A stretch of DNA of 64,000 nucleotides from a virus (lineage: Duplodnaviria; Caudoviricetes). Positions 56,647-64,000 of the stretch are shown one piece after another; within the stretch, counting starts at the first letter, position 1; every line of letters starts with the position of its first letter. The stretch is taken from positions 1-64,000 of IMG/VR virus record IMGVR_UViG_3300001598_000040; one strand, 5' to 3'. Both the position numbers and the translations under genes were made by a program. Under the pieces are notes generated by a model. It saw nothing but the letters and a program-made list of their open reading frames with translations, was not told the DNA's origin and did no database searches.

Positions 56647-57738
56647 TTATACACCGAAAGTTTTATATAAATGTTCTTGATATGCTTGTTGGAATTCATA
56701 ATATTCTTTATCTAATTCTGGGTATACTCTGCTATTATGTGCTTTTAAAAATTGAGCTATTAAACCATTATTATAAACTTCACAAGAGATTAAACTTTTA
56801 TCTATATCATTTTTCTTACGGATAAATACAATATTTGTATATTCAGCAATTATCGCATCTACAAATAATCTACCTATACAATTCTGTTGTTGTCTTCCCT
56901 CATTTATCATATCTTCTATTGTATGCGGTATAACTGTGATAAATTCATCTGTTTCAAAAAATAATTTATCTTCATTGCGAGTGGCTTTTTGTGTAAATCT
57001 TGTTGCTCTGTTCTTTCGCTTCCAATCTTGAGCTATTATAGCTAAATGGTAAAAATTAGTTTTATTATCTACAATTCCTGTTTCATTAAACATTTCTATA
57101 ATATCATCAATATAAGAAATTAAATCATTATATCTTATAATCTCAAAAATCCTATCACAATTTATCCATTTTTTTATTAGATTAAAATATGGTGATGTGT
57201 TATAATCTTGACGAAGAATATAACGCACTATTTCAATTGCAGAATAAGTCTGACTATCTTTTATTCCCCATTGCATACTATAATCTTCCATTTTCTTTGT
57301 TTGTATTTCTTGTAATATTTCAGTTAGATATGCATTTTCAATTTGAATATGTTTTTTTGTACAATACTTTAAAAATTTTTCAACAGTTTCAAATTGTTCT
57401 AACATATCCAATACTGCCCTTACATAATCTATGGTTACATTGACCGCACCTAATTTATCCGCTATTAATAAATAATTTTGGCGTCTTCCATCTTCTTTTT
57501 CAATTTCATTCAAAATTATAAGAATATTTAGTGTTGAGATATTACCAATTCTTGTATTCGGATATTTTCTACACCCTCTTACACAATAACAATCTGCCAT
57601 AAAACAAGGTGGGGTATTCATTTTTAATTTTTTTTGTGTTTTAGTATTTCTCCATATTCCGCTATTAATATCAAACGAATATTGATTACCTCTGTTGTTA
57701 GTATAAATAATATACTGTTTATCCTTTTTAATTTCCAT
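56647..57738 (-). CDS. PcfJ-like domain protein
   Basis: C-terminal P.T.EDM..EG.QQ.NCIG......IVFIR......SL.SCEV...QF; probable start 57738 (the longer ORF runs through a promoter and hairpin). Confidence 0.78.
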   Translation of the reverse strand: MEIKKDKQYIIYTNNRGNQYSFDINSGIWRNTKTQKKLKMNTPPCFMADCYCVRGCRKYPNTRIGNISTLNILIILNEIEKEDGRRQNYLLIADKLGAVNVTIDYVRAVLDMLEQFETVEKFLKYCTKKHIQIENAYLTEILQEIQTKKMEDYSMQWGIKDSQTYSAIEIVRYILRQDYNTSPYFNLIKKWINCDRIFEIIRYNDLISYIDDIIEMFNETGIVDNKTNFYHLAIIAQDWKRKNRATRFTQKATRNEDKLFFETDEFITVIPHTIEDMINEGRQQQNCIGRLFVDAIIAEYTNIVFIRKKNDIDKSLISCEVYNNGLIAQFLKAHNSRVYPELDKEYYEFQQAYQEHLYKTFGV

Positions 57739-57798
57739 AGTTAAATACCTCTCTCTTTTTTTTAATATATAATCTGTTCTCTTCTTGATTACATACTT

Positions 57799-57827
57799 AT
57801 TATACCACAGAAAAATAAAAAAGTCAA
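57799..57827 (-). promoter_or_regulatory. Consensus sigmaA early promoter
   Basis: TTGACT-17 bp-TATAAT. Confidence 0.88.
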
Positions 57828-57949
57828 GATATTTTGATACAAAATAGCAATATACATAAAAATAAATGCGGATTTCGGGATATATATGTACATTATGACG
57901 GAGCGTTAAGAATGTTAAAATTTTGCTTATATAGTAAAATGTGGAAATT

Positions 57950-57984
57950 CGTTTTGTTGGCGAAATGCCGCCGCCAACAAAACG
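57950..57984. repeat. Conserved intergenic hairpin element, copy 4
   Basis: GAAATT-CGTTTTGTTGGCG-9 nt-CGCCAACAAAACG-GCT. Confidence 0.85.
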
Positions 57985-58028
57985 GCTAATAAAATAGAGA
58001 TGAGTTTCCCCATCTCTACTACTTACTA

Positions 58029-58625
58029 TTACCACCGAATAGTTTGTTTGTCGCTCGATATTTCACATTCCCCTTTGGTTAATTCTTCTACTAATTGTAA
58101 AAAATGTTTATATTCTGAAGATTCATCATACTCGTATATATATTCTCCTAAACCTTGAACAATTGCTTTAGCAAGCTTTTCTAATTCTTCATTATCATCA
58201 TATAATCCAAACTTGATATTTTCCATTAAAACATCGTCATTATTTGTAATAAATTTAACTTTAGATTTATGCTTGTTAGACTTTTGTAAGCAATTTTTTG
58301 AACAACTACAACCAGCTTTAGAACAACATTGCGTTTTACAAAGAGAAGTCTTTTTTTCAAACATTGTTTGACCATTTCCACTATTCATATTCATATTATC
58401 CTCACTTTCGCTCTTTTCTGCTTCAAGTATTTTCATTCCATAAGTTACATCTTCTGCAGTTTCACCATAACCATATCCAACAAATGGAATTTTTTTATCA
58501 GTTAAAGCATTACATATATCTGTAAAACAGTTTCTATCTTTAGTTTCAATTACATTTTTGTTATCTTCCAACTGAACATTAAAACCATTTAATACCTTTG
58601 TTAATTCTTCTCTTGCGTTTACCAT
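58029..58625 (-). CDS. Hypothetical early protein; C-terminus paralogous to 58673-58933
   Basis: YDDNEELEKL...GEY...D...EYKH...GECE...W*. Confidence 0.65.
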   Translation of the reverse strand: MVNAREELTKVLNGFNVQLEDNKNVIETKDRNCFTDICNALTDKKIPFVGYGYGETAEDVTYGMKILEAEKSESEDNMNMNSGNGQTMFEKKTSLCKTQCCSKAGCSCSKNCLQKSNKHKSKVKFITNNDDVLMENIKFGLYDDNEELEKLAKAIVQGLGEYIYEYDESSEYKHFLQLVEELTKGECEISSDKQTIRW

Positions 58626-58967
58626 AATTCAACAACTCCTTAAATATTTTTTTAATTTTAAATTAATTTTTTTTACCATTCAAATGTAGTACAGCAATTA
58701 AATACCTCGCAATCACCATCAGCAACAGTATATATCATTTCAACAATATGTTGATACTCTTCATAAGTATCAAAATAACAAACATAATTGCCCTTACATT
58801 TAATAATATTTTTTATGAATTTTTCCAATTCTGGATTATCTTCATAAGTTTCGTCGATAAGTTCCTCTTTAAGTATCCTTACACAATGTGGTCTTACATT
58901 AAATTCCACTGAATGCTTTTTTTCTTCTGTCATAATTCAACAACTCCTTAAATATTTTTTTAATTTT
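58623..58967. repeat. Duplicated ~37-bp leader (58623-58660 and 58931-58967)
   Basis: CATAATTCAACAACTCCTTAAATATTTTTTTAATTTT present twice, containing RBS and start codon. Confidence 0.9.
58673..58933 (-). CDS. Hypothetical early protein, paralogue of the 58029 C-terminus
   Basis: YEDNPELEKF...GNY...D...EYQH...GDCE...W*. Confidence 0.65.
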   Translation of the reverse strand: MTEEKKHSVEFNVRPHCVRILKEELIDETYEDNPELEKFIKNIIKCKGNYVCYFDTYEEYQHIVEMIYTVADGDCEVFNCCTTFEW

Positions 58968-59054
58968 ACCATTTTACTGTATCATTACCGAACCCATCTG
59001 CCCAATCTAAACCGCAATCATTTTGTAACCCCCTTTCCTTTATCTTACATACTT

Positions 59055-59083
59055 ATTATAGCACATATTTAGTAAAAAGTCAA
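59055..59083 (-). promoter_or_regulatory. Consensus sigmaA early promoter
   Basis: TTGACT-17 bp-TATAAT with TG extension. Confidence 0.88.
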
Positions 59084-59206
59084 TACTTTTTTATTCAAAA
59101 TAGCAATATATATAAAATAAAACAGCGGATTTTGGGATATATTAGATATATTGCACAACGCCATTGCTATGTTAAATTTTTCCATTTATATAAGAAAATG
59201 GAAACT

Positions 59207-59240
59207 CGTTTTGCACGCAAAATTCTGCGCGTGCAAAACG
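59207..59240. repeat. Conserved intergenic hairpin element, copy 5
   Basis: GAAACT-CGTTTTGCACGC-10 nt-GCGTGCAAAACG-CT. Confidence 0.88.
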
Positions 59241-59282
59241 CTAAAAGTAAAGAGTGGAAATTTCTTCCACTCTGTCCATTAT

Positions 59283-59549
59283 TTAGATTTTGGTAGCTTT
59301 ACTACAAAAATCATCTTCAAATACTTCTTTGCATTTATCATTCCAATCAACAACATTAATATTACAATATCCACAGTTTTTATTTAATGCCGAGTCAAAA
59401 GCAGTGAAACTATAATGCATACAATCTTTGCACTTGATGACTTCGACAAAATCTGATTTATTTTTAAATCTACCACAAAAACTTGCGAAACATAATATTT
59501 CATCATCACAACTATTATAGTGTATACAATCTTCACAAGTATTCATCAT
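59283..59549 (-). CDS. Cys-rich hypothetical protein
   Basis: CEDC.HY..C...C..F....FVEV.KCKDC.HY...C...DDFCS. Confidence 0.65.
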   Translation of the reverse strand: MMNTCEDCIHYNSCDDEILCFASFCGRFKNKSDFVEVIKCKDCMHYSFTAFDSALNKNCGYCNINVVDWNDKCKEVFEDDFCSKATKI

Positions 59550-59899
59550 TCAATCTCCTCGAGCCAATATTTCTTTCTACAATCTTCACAATAATAAATA
59601 CTACATTGTGATTTATTACTTAAATTTGCATCTAAAGCACAAGGAGATATTTGAGAAAATCCATCTTCAGCTATTTTTGTGTTCGGAAACATTTTCAAAA
59701 ACTCACTTTGTCTTGTCTTTGGCTGGTGCTTATCAATCCAATCGAGAATTATTTTGTTTGCTTTGTTAATCTCGTCTAAAATGTTTGTTCTGCTATAAAG
59801 ACAACGAATGTTACAAATAGGTCTAATCGGGCATTCCGCACATTCTTTAGCTGTATCACATATTTTCAATGTATCATAAATCATAGCTTTTCTATCCAT
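59546..59899 (-). CDS. Cys-rich protein, paralogue of 48459-48983
   Basis: KTRQSEFLKMFP...I.PC.LD...C...CEDC...YWLEE. Confidence 0.65.
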   Translation of the reverse strand: MDRKAMIYDTLKICDTAKECAECPIRPICNIRCLYSRTNILDEINKANKIILDWIDKHQPKTRQSEFLKMFPNTKIAEDGFSQISPCALDANLSNKSQCSIYYCEDCRKKYWLEEIE

Positions 59900-60302
59900 T
59901 AGTTTAACTCCTCTTCATAGTAATTATTAATTTTAATTCTCAAATCTTTTAAACATTCATCACATAATTTAATATTTGCTTTTGGATATTCATTGAAACG
60001 AATTGTATTAATTTCATCAAATAATTGATTACATCCAACACACAAATGTTTTGTTTTTAAAATATTCACCATTCTATATCAACTCACTTTCTTGATAATA
60101 CCCCTACAATTACAGGAACAACTGTAACCATATAATAAGAAAATAACCTATCTTTTAAACTAACCGCCAAATTTTCCTTTCCATATTTCTTACAATCTTT
60201 ATGGTATGCAATTAATATGTATAACAGTATCATTCTTTACCAACTCCTTTAATTTCTTCCCGCTCTTATCATTATATTTTCCTCCTTTCGGAGGGCTGAT
60301 AT

Positions 60303-60656
60303 TCAGCCCTCCAGCTCTTCTATAAATCCTTTAAAATTTTGCCAACCTGTATGATAGAATAAAACCGCTTCCATAGTTTCTATATTATGTCCGCCTATCA
60401 TTACCGCACCTCTAATGAAATCCTCAGTGGCAATTCCCATTTCTACCAAATAATCCCACATCTCATCTGCACTTTGAAGAACATTTTCATTTACTTCATT
60501 CTCTAAAAATTCGTCTTCCATTTCATCAAGAAGGTTGTAGTAGTCATCTTCAATATCAATTCCATTTTCAAAATTTCTTGAAAATTCAAGTGATATTTCA
60601 TCTTCCATACCTCTTCTTGAAATAATATCGTTTACCATTTGTTCTTGTGTCATCAT
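60303..60656 (-). CDS. Hypothetical early protein, paralogue of 60986-61255
   Basis: EMWDYLVEMGIAT...G.NIETME.VLF..TGW..F..F. Confidence 0.65.
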   Translation of the reverse strand: MMTQEQMVNDIISRRGMEDEISLEFSRNFENGIDIEDDYYNLLDEMEDEFLENEVNENVLQSADEMWDYLVEMGIATEDFIRGAVMIGGHNIETMEAVLFYHTGWQNFKGFIEELEG

Positions 60657-60689
60657 ATCGACAACTCCTCTCTTTTATTTACTATAGTC

Positions 60690-60718
60690 ATTATACCATA
60701 TATATATACATTTGTCAA
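60690..60718 (-). promoter_or_regulatory. Consensus sigmaA early promoter
   Basis: TTGACA-17 bp-TATAAT with TG extension. Confidence 0.9.
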
Positions 60719-60897
60719 TACCTTTTTGAAAAATAATTTAAATTTTTTTTTGATTTGTGAAATATCACCAAACTTTTGCCGTAAAATGTGATAATGTTTG
60801 TATATAATGCACAAATCCGCATTTTGGGATTATTGGTAAAGACTGGAAGCGTTTCCAAAAGCTGGAAATTTTCCCTATATATGGAAAAAGTGAAACT

Positions 60898-60932
60898 CGT
60901 TTTGTGCGTTAAAATTCAGCGCGCACAAAACG
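60898..60932. repeat. Conserved intergenic hairpin element, copy 6
   Basis: GAAACT-CGTTTTGTGCG-13 nt-CGCACAAAACG-CT. Confidence 0.88.
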
Positions 60933-60985
60933 CTAAAGGTATGAGCCATTTCTTCTCATACCCTTAGCGTTATTTTGGTGAAGAT

Positions 60986-61255
60986 TTACTGTGCGTGTTT
61001 GTCCGCTATAAACTCTTCAAAAGTGTTATAGCCTGTACAGATGTACAAAATAAGCTCCATAGTTTCAATTATATTGCCGCACGCCTCAGTCATTCTATTA
61101 ATATCTCTCGCAGTAGTAAGACCAGTTTCTATAAGGTAATCCCTCATCTCTCCCAAAAGTCTTGAGATGGGAATAAAGTTATCCTCATTGTCATAGTATC
61201 CGTCTAAATAGATGATGTGCATAAAATTCATTTCAGTATGTGTCATAATAAACAA
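60986..61255 (-). CDS. Hypothetical early protein, paralogue of 60303-60656
   Basis: EMRDYLIETGLTT...GNIIETMELILY..TGY.TF..F. Confidence 0.65.
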   Translation of the reverse strand: MFIMTHTEMNFMHIIYLDGYYDNEDNFIPISRLLGEMRDYLIETGLTTARDINRMTEACGNIIETMELILYICTGYNTFEEFIADKHAQ

Positions 61256-61305
61256 TCTCTCTTTTATTAAATTAATGGTTCGTAGCTCTTCTTGACTACA
61301 CCTAT

Positions 61306-61334
61306 ATTATATCATAGAGAAAAATATTTGTCAA
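61306..61334 (-). promoter_or_regulatory. Consensus sigmaA early promoter
   Basis: TTGACA-17 bp-TATAAT with TG extension. Confidence 0.9.
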
Positions 61335-61492
61335 TAGATAAAATAAAAGTTTGTATAATCTATACAAGAATACGGCTCGAAATATCAATTAGTTTGTGCA
61401 ATATGCACAATCATAGAGGAAATTACCATAATATGGAAATGCTTCCAGAATGTGGCAAATTTTCCCTATATATCAAATTGGTAGAAAAGCCA

Positions 61493-61753
61493 TTAATTGG
61501 CTTTTCTTACCACTTCACTATCCACTATTTGCCATTCCCGCATATCATCTTTGGTATTACCAATTTTTACCTTTACTGTATCGCCTTTACCAACACTGCT
61601 ATTTTTGAATTGGTACAATTGGTCATATATGGAAATGGTAACTATTCCCTTTTCTACCTTTAACGCTTTTCTCGTGTACTTTGTTCTTGTTGCCTCATAT
61701 CCCACAACCGCAAAACTACCTATCACCAACAAAACCGCTATAACTTTTTTCAT
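61493..61753 (-). CDS. Small exported or membrane-anchored protein
   Basis: MKKVIAVLLVIGSFAVVG N-terminus followed by an OB-like segment. Confidence 0.6.
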   Translation of the reverse strand: MKKVIAVLLVIGSFAVVGYEATRTKYTRKALKVEKGIVTISIYDQLYQFKNSSVGKGDTVKVKIGNTKDDMREWQIVDSEVVRKAN

Positions 61754-61811
61754 ATCTATACACTCCTTAAAATTTAATTTGTTGAGCGGATTAGCTCCGC
61801 TCTTTGATTAC

Positions 61812-62102
61812 TTATACAATACTATCAAATATTATTGATTTATCTTGGCTATCAATCACAATATACATTAAACATCCGTCAATGATAATGTCTATATCAT
61901 TGTATCCGCTTGGCAATGCATAGTCATTAAATTTATAATATTCACACCAACACAGATTATCTTTTATTCGTTCAAGCTGGTTATTATTTAATCTAATTTC
62001 ACATTCTACAGAAGTGAAATTCTCAATGGATACATCACTAAACCTAATGCCTTTAAAAGCTAAATTGCTATTGAATACTTCCGATACTGTAAAAATACTC
62101 AT
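61812..62102 (-). CDS. Hypothetical early protein
   Basis: AAGAGG RBS, probable start 62102. Confidence 0.55.
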   Translation of the reverse strand: MSIFTVSEVFNSNLAFKGIRFSDVSIENFTSVECEIRLNNNQLERIKDNLCWCEYYKFNDYALPSGYNDIDIIIDGCLMYIVIDSQDKSIIFDSIV

Positions 62103-62158
62103 TTTTATACACCTCTTAAAATTTAATTTGTCGGGCGGATTTAATCCGCCCTTGATTT

Positions 62159-62455
62159 TTACCATATTAAATATATATAAGTATCATTCCATACTACCAT
62201 ATATTCCCTGTCTATCTGTTCAAATACTACAGTATCACGATGTAGATTAATTCCATTTTCTAACAAATAGATATCAAGTCCGTCATTAGATTTGTCCAAA
62301 ATGTGAAAATTAAATTTTTTCAAAATTTCATTTTTTATCGTTTGCGTGTTGTAGTCATAAGTTGCAAATATTAAAATGTGCGGCTGTTCCTCATCTGTTA
62401 AAACTGTGCGTGTGTTGTCTGTTAGATACCTAACTAAGTTTAATAATGTTGTCAT
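62159..62455 (-). CDS. Hypothetical early protein
   Basis: AAGGAG RBS, probable start 62455. Confidence 0.55.
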   Translation of the reverse strand: MTTLLNLVRYLTDNTRTVLTDEEQPHILIFATYDYNTQTIKNEILKKFNFHILDKSNDGLDIYLLENGINLHRDTVVFEQIDREYMVVWNDTYIYLIW

Positions 62456-62516
62456 TTTAGAAACACTCCTTAAAAAAATTTTTTTGTTTGTGTGGCTCTG
62501 TCCTAACCACAATTAA

Positions 62517-62545
62517 ATAATAACATACTTTTAAACATTTGTCAA
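62517..62545 (-). promoter_or_regulatory. First leftward early promoter
   Basis: TTGACA-17 bp-TATTAT with TG extension. Confidence 0.8.
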
Positions 62546-62710
62546 TACATTTTTAAAAAATAATTTTGAAATTTTAATACTTTATATACATTACACAAAA
62601 TAAAATATAAATATAATAATTCTTTTATGCATATTGCACAGGGGGGGTATAAAAAAGGATTTTTTTGGAAAAAATAGAATAGGCTGGCGGGTGGCTCCCA
62701 ATTCACGCAC

Positions 62711-62758
62711 CAAAATGATTCTCATTTCTATCAAAATGATTCTCATTTCTATCAAAAT
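62711..62758. repeat. Tandem 21-bp direct repeat (CAAAATGATTCTCATTTCTAT x2 plus a partial copy)
   Basis: Exact duplication abutting the -35 of the rightward promoter. Confidence 0.9.
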
Positions 62759-62787
62759 TTGACTTTTCTAAAAATTTTTGATAAAAT
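62759..62787 (+). promoter_or_regulatory. Rightward sigmaA-type promoter
   Basis: TTGACT-17 bp-TAAAAT with TG extension. Confidence 0.78.
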
Positions 62788-62810
62788 AACCATAAAGGAG
62801 GACAAAAACA

Positions 62811-63803
62811 ATGCAATTTTTAGATTATTCAATAACTTCTTTAGAAAAAAGAAAAGAAATAGTTAATTCAATTTTAAAAACAGAAAATTATAATTTAGAA
62901 TCTTTAGCTACTTATCTTATATCACCTAAATTAGAAAAACAAGAGAAATTAATTCTTACAGATAGCAGAGAAAGTACTATAAATAAACACGAAACGTCTT
63001 ATGAGGGTTTAGTTAGTAAATTAGAAGGTGGAGAAGACACACTCTATCACATGGAGGCGCATAACAAAAACATCATCCTTCATCCTAAAAAAGTATTAAA
63101 TAAAAAAGAAATAGAGTCAGATAAATTTACAAAACAGATTTATGAAAGTGCGCAGAGTCTGAAGGAATGGATAAAAGAGAGAGAAGTATCTGAGTTACAG
63201 AAGAGAATGCTGAAGAAGGCTGTAATAGAGTTGTATAAAGATATGTACACTGCATGGTCAAGCGCGCATCCAATAGTTAATATGACACAATGTTATCATA
63301 GTAATGCGGCTATATCACTAGAGGGGATATCATTTGCGGATCCGTCGGTTGTAGAAGCACTATTATGTAATTATAATGTACTGCGCGGGAGTAGGGGAAG
63401 AATTGCGGCAGACCTATGGTATATCTATATGGACTTTGCGGCGTTGCTGGATAGAGCGTTGATAGGGAGACCTATTTATAGGAAAATTGCGAATTTGAAA
63501 ATAGAGGGTCTATCTAATGAAGAAGTACAAGTAAGATTGCGGACGGAAGATAATGTTGGATACACAAAGGAATATATTTCTACTTTGTGGAGATCTAAAT
63601 TGCCGATTATTATTGCGGACACCGCGCGCAAAGAATATACAGAATGGTTGTTGACATATAAAGTAAAAGCTAAAGTTAAACAATGCACCTGTTGCGGAGA
63701 AATTAAATTAGCTACTACAGATTGTTTTTCTAAAGATAAAAGTAAAAAAGATGGACTTTATACAATTTGTAAAGAGTGCAGAAAGAAAAAGAATAAAAAA
63801 TAA
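62811..63803 (+). CDS. Hypothetical protein with HTH-like segment and C-terminal Zn finger; first gene of the rightward operon
   Basis: KIANLKIEGLSNEEV...EYISTLW; CTCC...F..D....DGL..ICKEC; AAAGGAGG RBS. Confidence 0.65.
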   Translation: MQFLDYSITSLEKRKEIVNSILKTENYNLESLATYLISPKLEKQEKLILTDSRESTINKHETSYEGLVSKLEGGEDTLYHMEAHNKNIILHPKKVLNKKEIESDKFTKQIYESAQSLKEWIKEREVSELQKRMLKKAVIELYKDMYTAWSSAHPIVNMTQCYHSNAAISLEGISFADPSVVEALLCNYNVLRGSRGRIAADLWYIYMDFAALLDRALIGRPIYRKIANLKIEGLSNEEVQVRLRTEDNVGYTKEYISTLWRSKLPIIIADTARKEYTEWLLTYKVKAKVKQCTCCGEIKLATTDCFSKDKSKKDGLYTICKECRKKKNKK

Positions 63804-63817
63804 GAGGAAGGAAAATA

Positions 63818-64000
63818 ATGGGAGTAGAGGGAAAGAAATATTGTGAGAAATGCGGGACACTGTTTGATCTTAAGAATTTCTATAGTTCTAATAATTTAGA
63901 GAGATTTCCTGATGGAAGAGTGAATAAATGTAAGAAATGCTGGACTATGCATGTAGATAATTGGGATCCAGATACATTTTTACCGCTATTAGAAGAAGTT
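63818..64000 (+). CDS. Partial Zn-finger protein (possibly terminase-associated)
   Basis: MGVEGKKYCEKC...FY.SNN..RFPDG....CKKC runs off the window. Confidence 0.55.
   Translation, partial: MGVEGKKYCEKCGTLFDLKNFYSSNNLERFPDGRVNKCKKCWTMHVDNWDPDTFLPLLEEV

Noticed and set aside
56647-58035. Full 462-aa PcfJ-like ORF
   Set aside because: The first ~99 codons run through a terminator, a hairpin element and a consensus promoter; the RBS-supported start is 57738
53348-60932. Calling the hairpins true integron attC sites
   Set aside because: They lack the RYYYAAC/GTTRRRY core and no integron integrase is visible; kept only as an architectural analogy
735-63688. Short ORFs antisense to long genes (e.g. 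735-1055, 12833-13018, 16783-17094, 19473-19727, 30129-30467, 53870-54349, 63476-63688)
   Set aside because: They are shadows of well-supported genes, with no RBS and no recognisable motifs
1-64000. Stop-codon reassignment (TAG read-through)
   Set aside because: Long genes are intact in the standard code, some end in TAG (e.g. dnaE), and no suppressor tRNA is seen; the few in-frame TAGs are in decayed loci
1-64000. Diversity-generating retroelement, retron or IS element
   Set aside because: No reverse transcriptase or transposase motifs and no template/variable repeat pair were found

Overview
A very AT-rich segment of a large tailed-phage genome, most likely infecting an S-layer-bearing Clostridia-class (Bacillota) host; no host housekeeping context and no integrase is visible. 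Layout: end of a lysis cassette (+, 1-1318); a ~50 kb minus-strand block of nucleotide-metabolism and replication genes (dUTPase, nrdD/nrdG, gmk, thyX, Pol III alpha, DnaB-like helicase, primase, RecJ, RecD-like helicase, ligase, gyrA/gyrB, RNase H) followed by accessory genes; an RNA operon (5 tRNAs plus several structured non-coding RNAs, 39.7-41.4 kb); a probable origin region with tandem repeats (50.6-53.3 kb); an array of promoter-driven early-gene units separated by a conserved hairpin module (53.3-62.6 kb); and the start of a plus-strand, probably packaging-related, operon. Four group I introns could be placed to the base by hand: three in nrdD and one splitting the catalytic TOPRIM motif of gyrB. 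The strongest leads are (1) a ~611-nt ORF-free RNA closed by a 30-bp helix (ROOL/GOLLD-like or new), flanked by a mini-tRNA and hairpins that display anti-Shine-Dalgarno loops; (2) six ~35-bp covarying hairpins sitting between terminators and promoters, giving a gene-cassette-like architecture; (3) a full-length phage-encoded S-layer protein plus other cell-surface enzymes; (4) the gyrB intron; (5) apparent strong enrichment of TGCGG/CCGCA. All assignments come from motif recognition and manual base-pairing; no database searches or folding programs were run.
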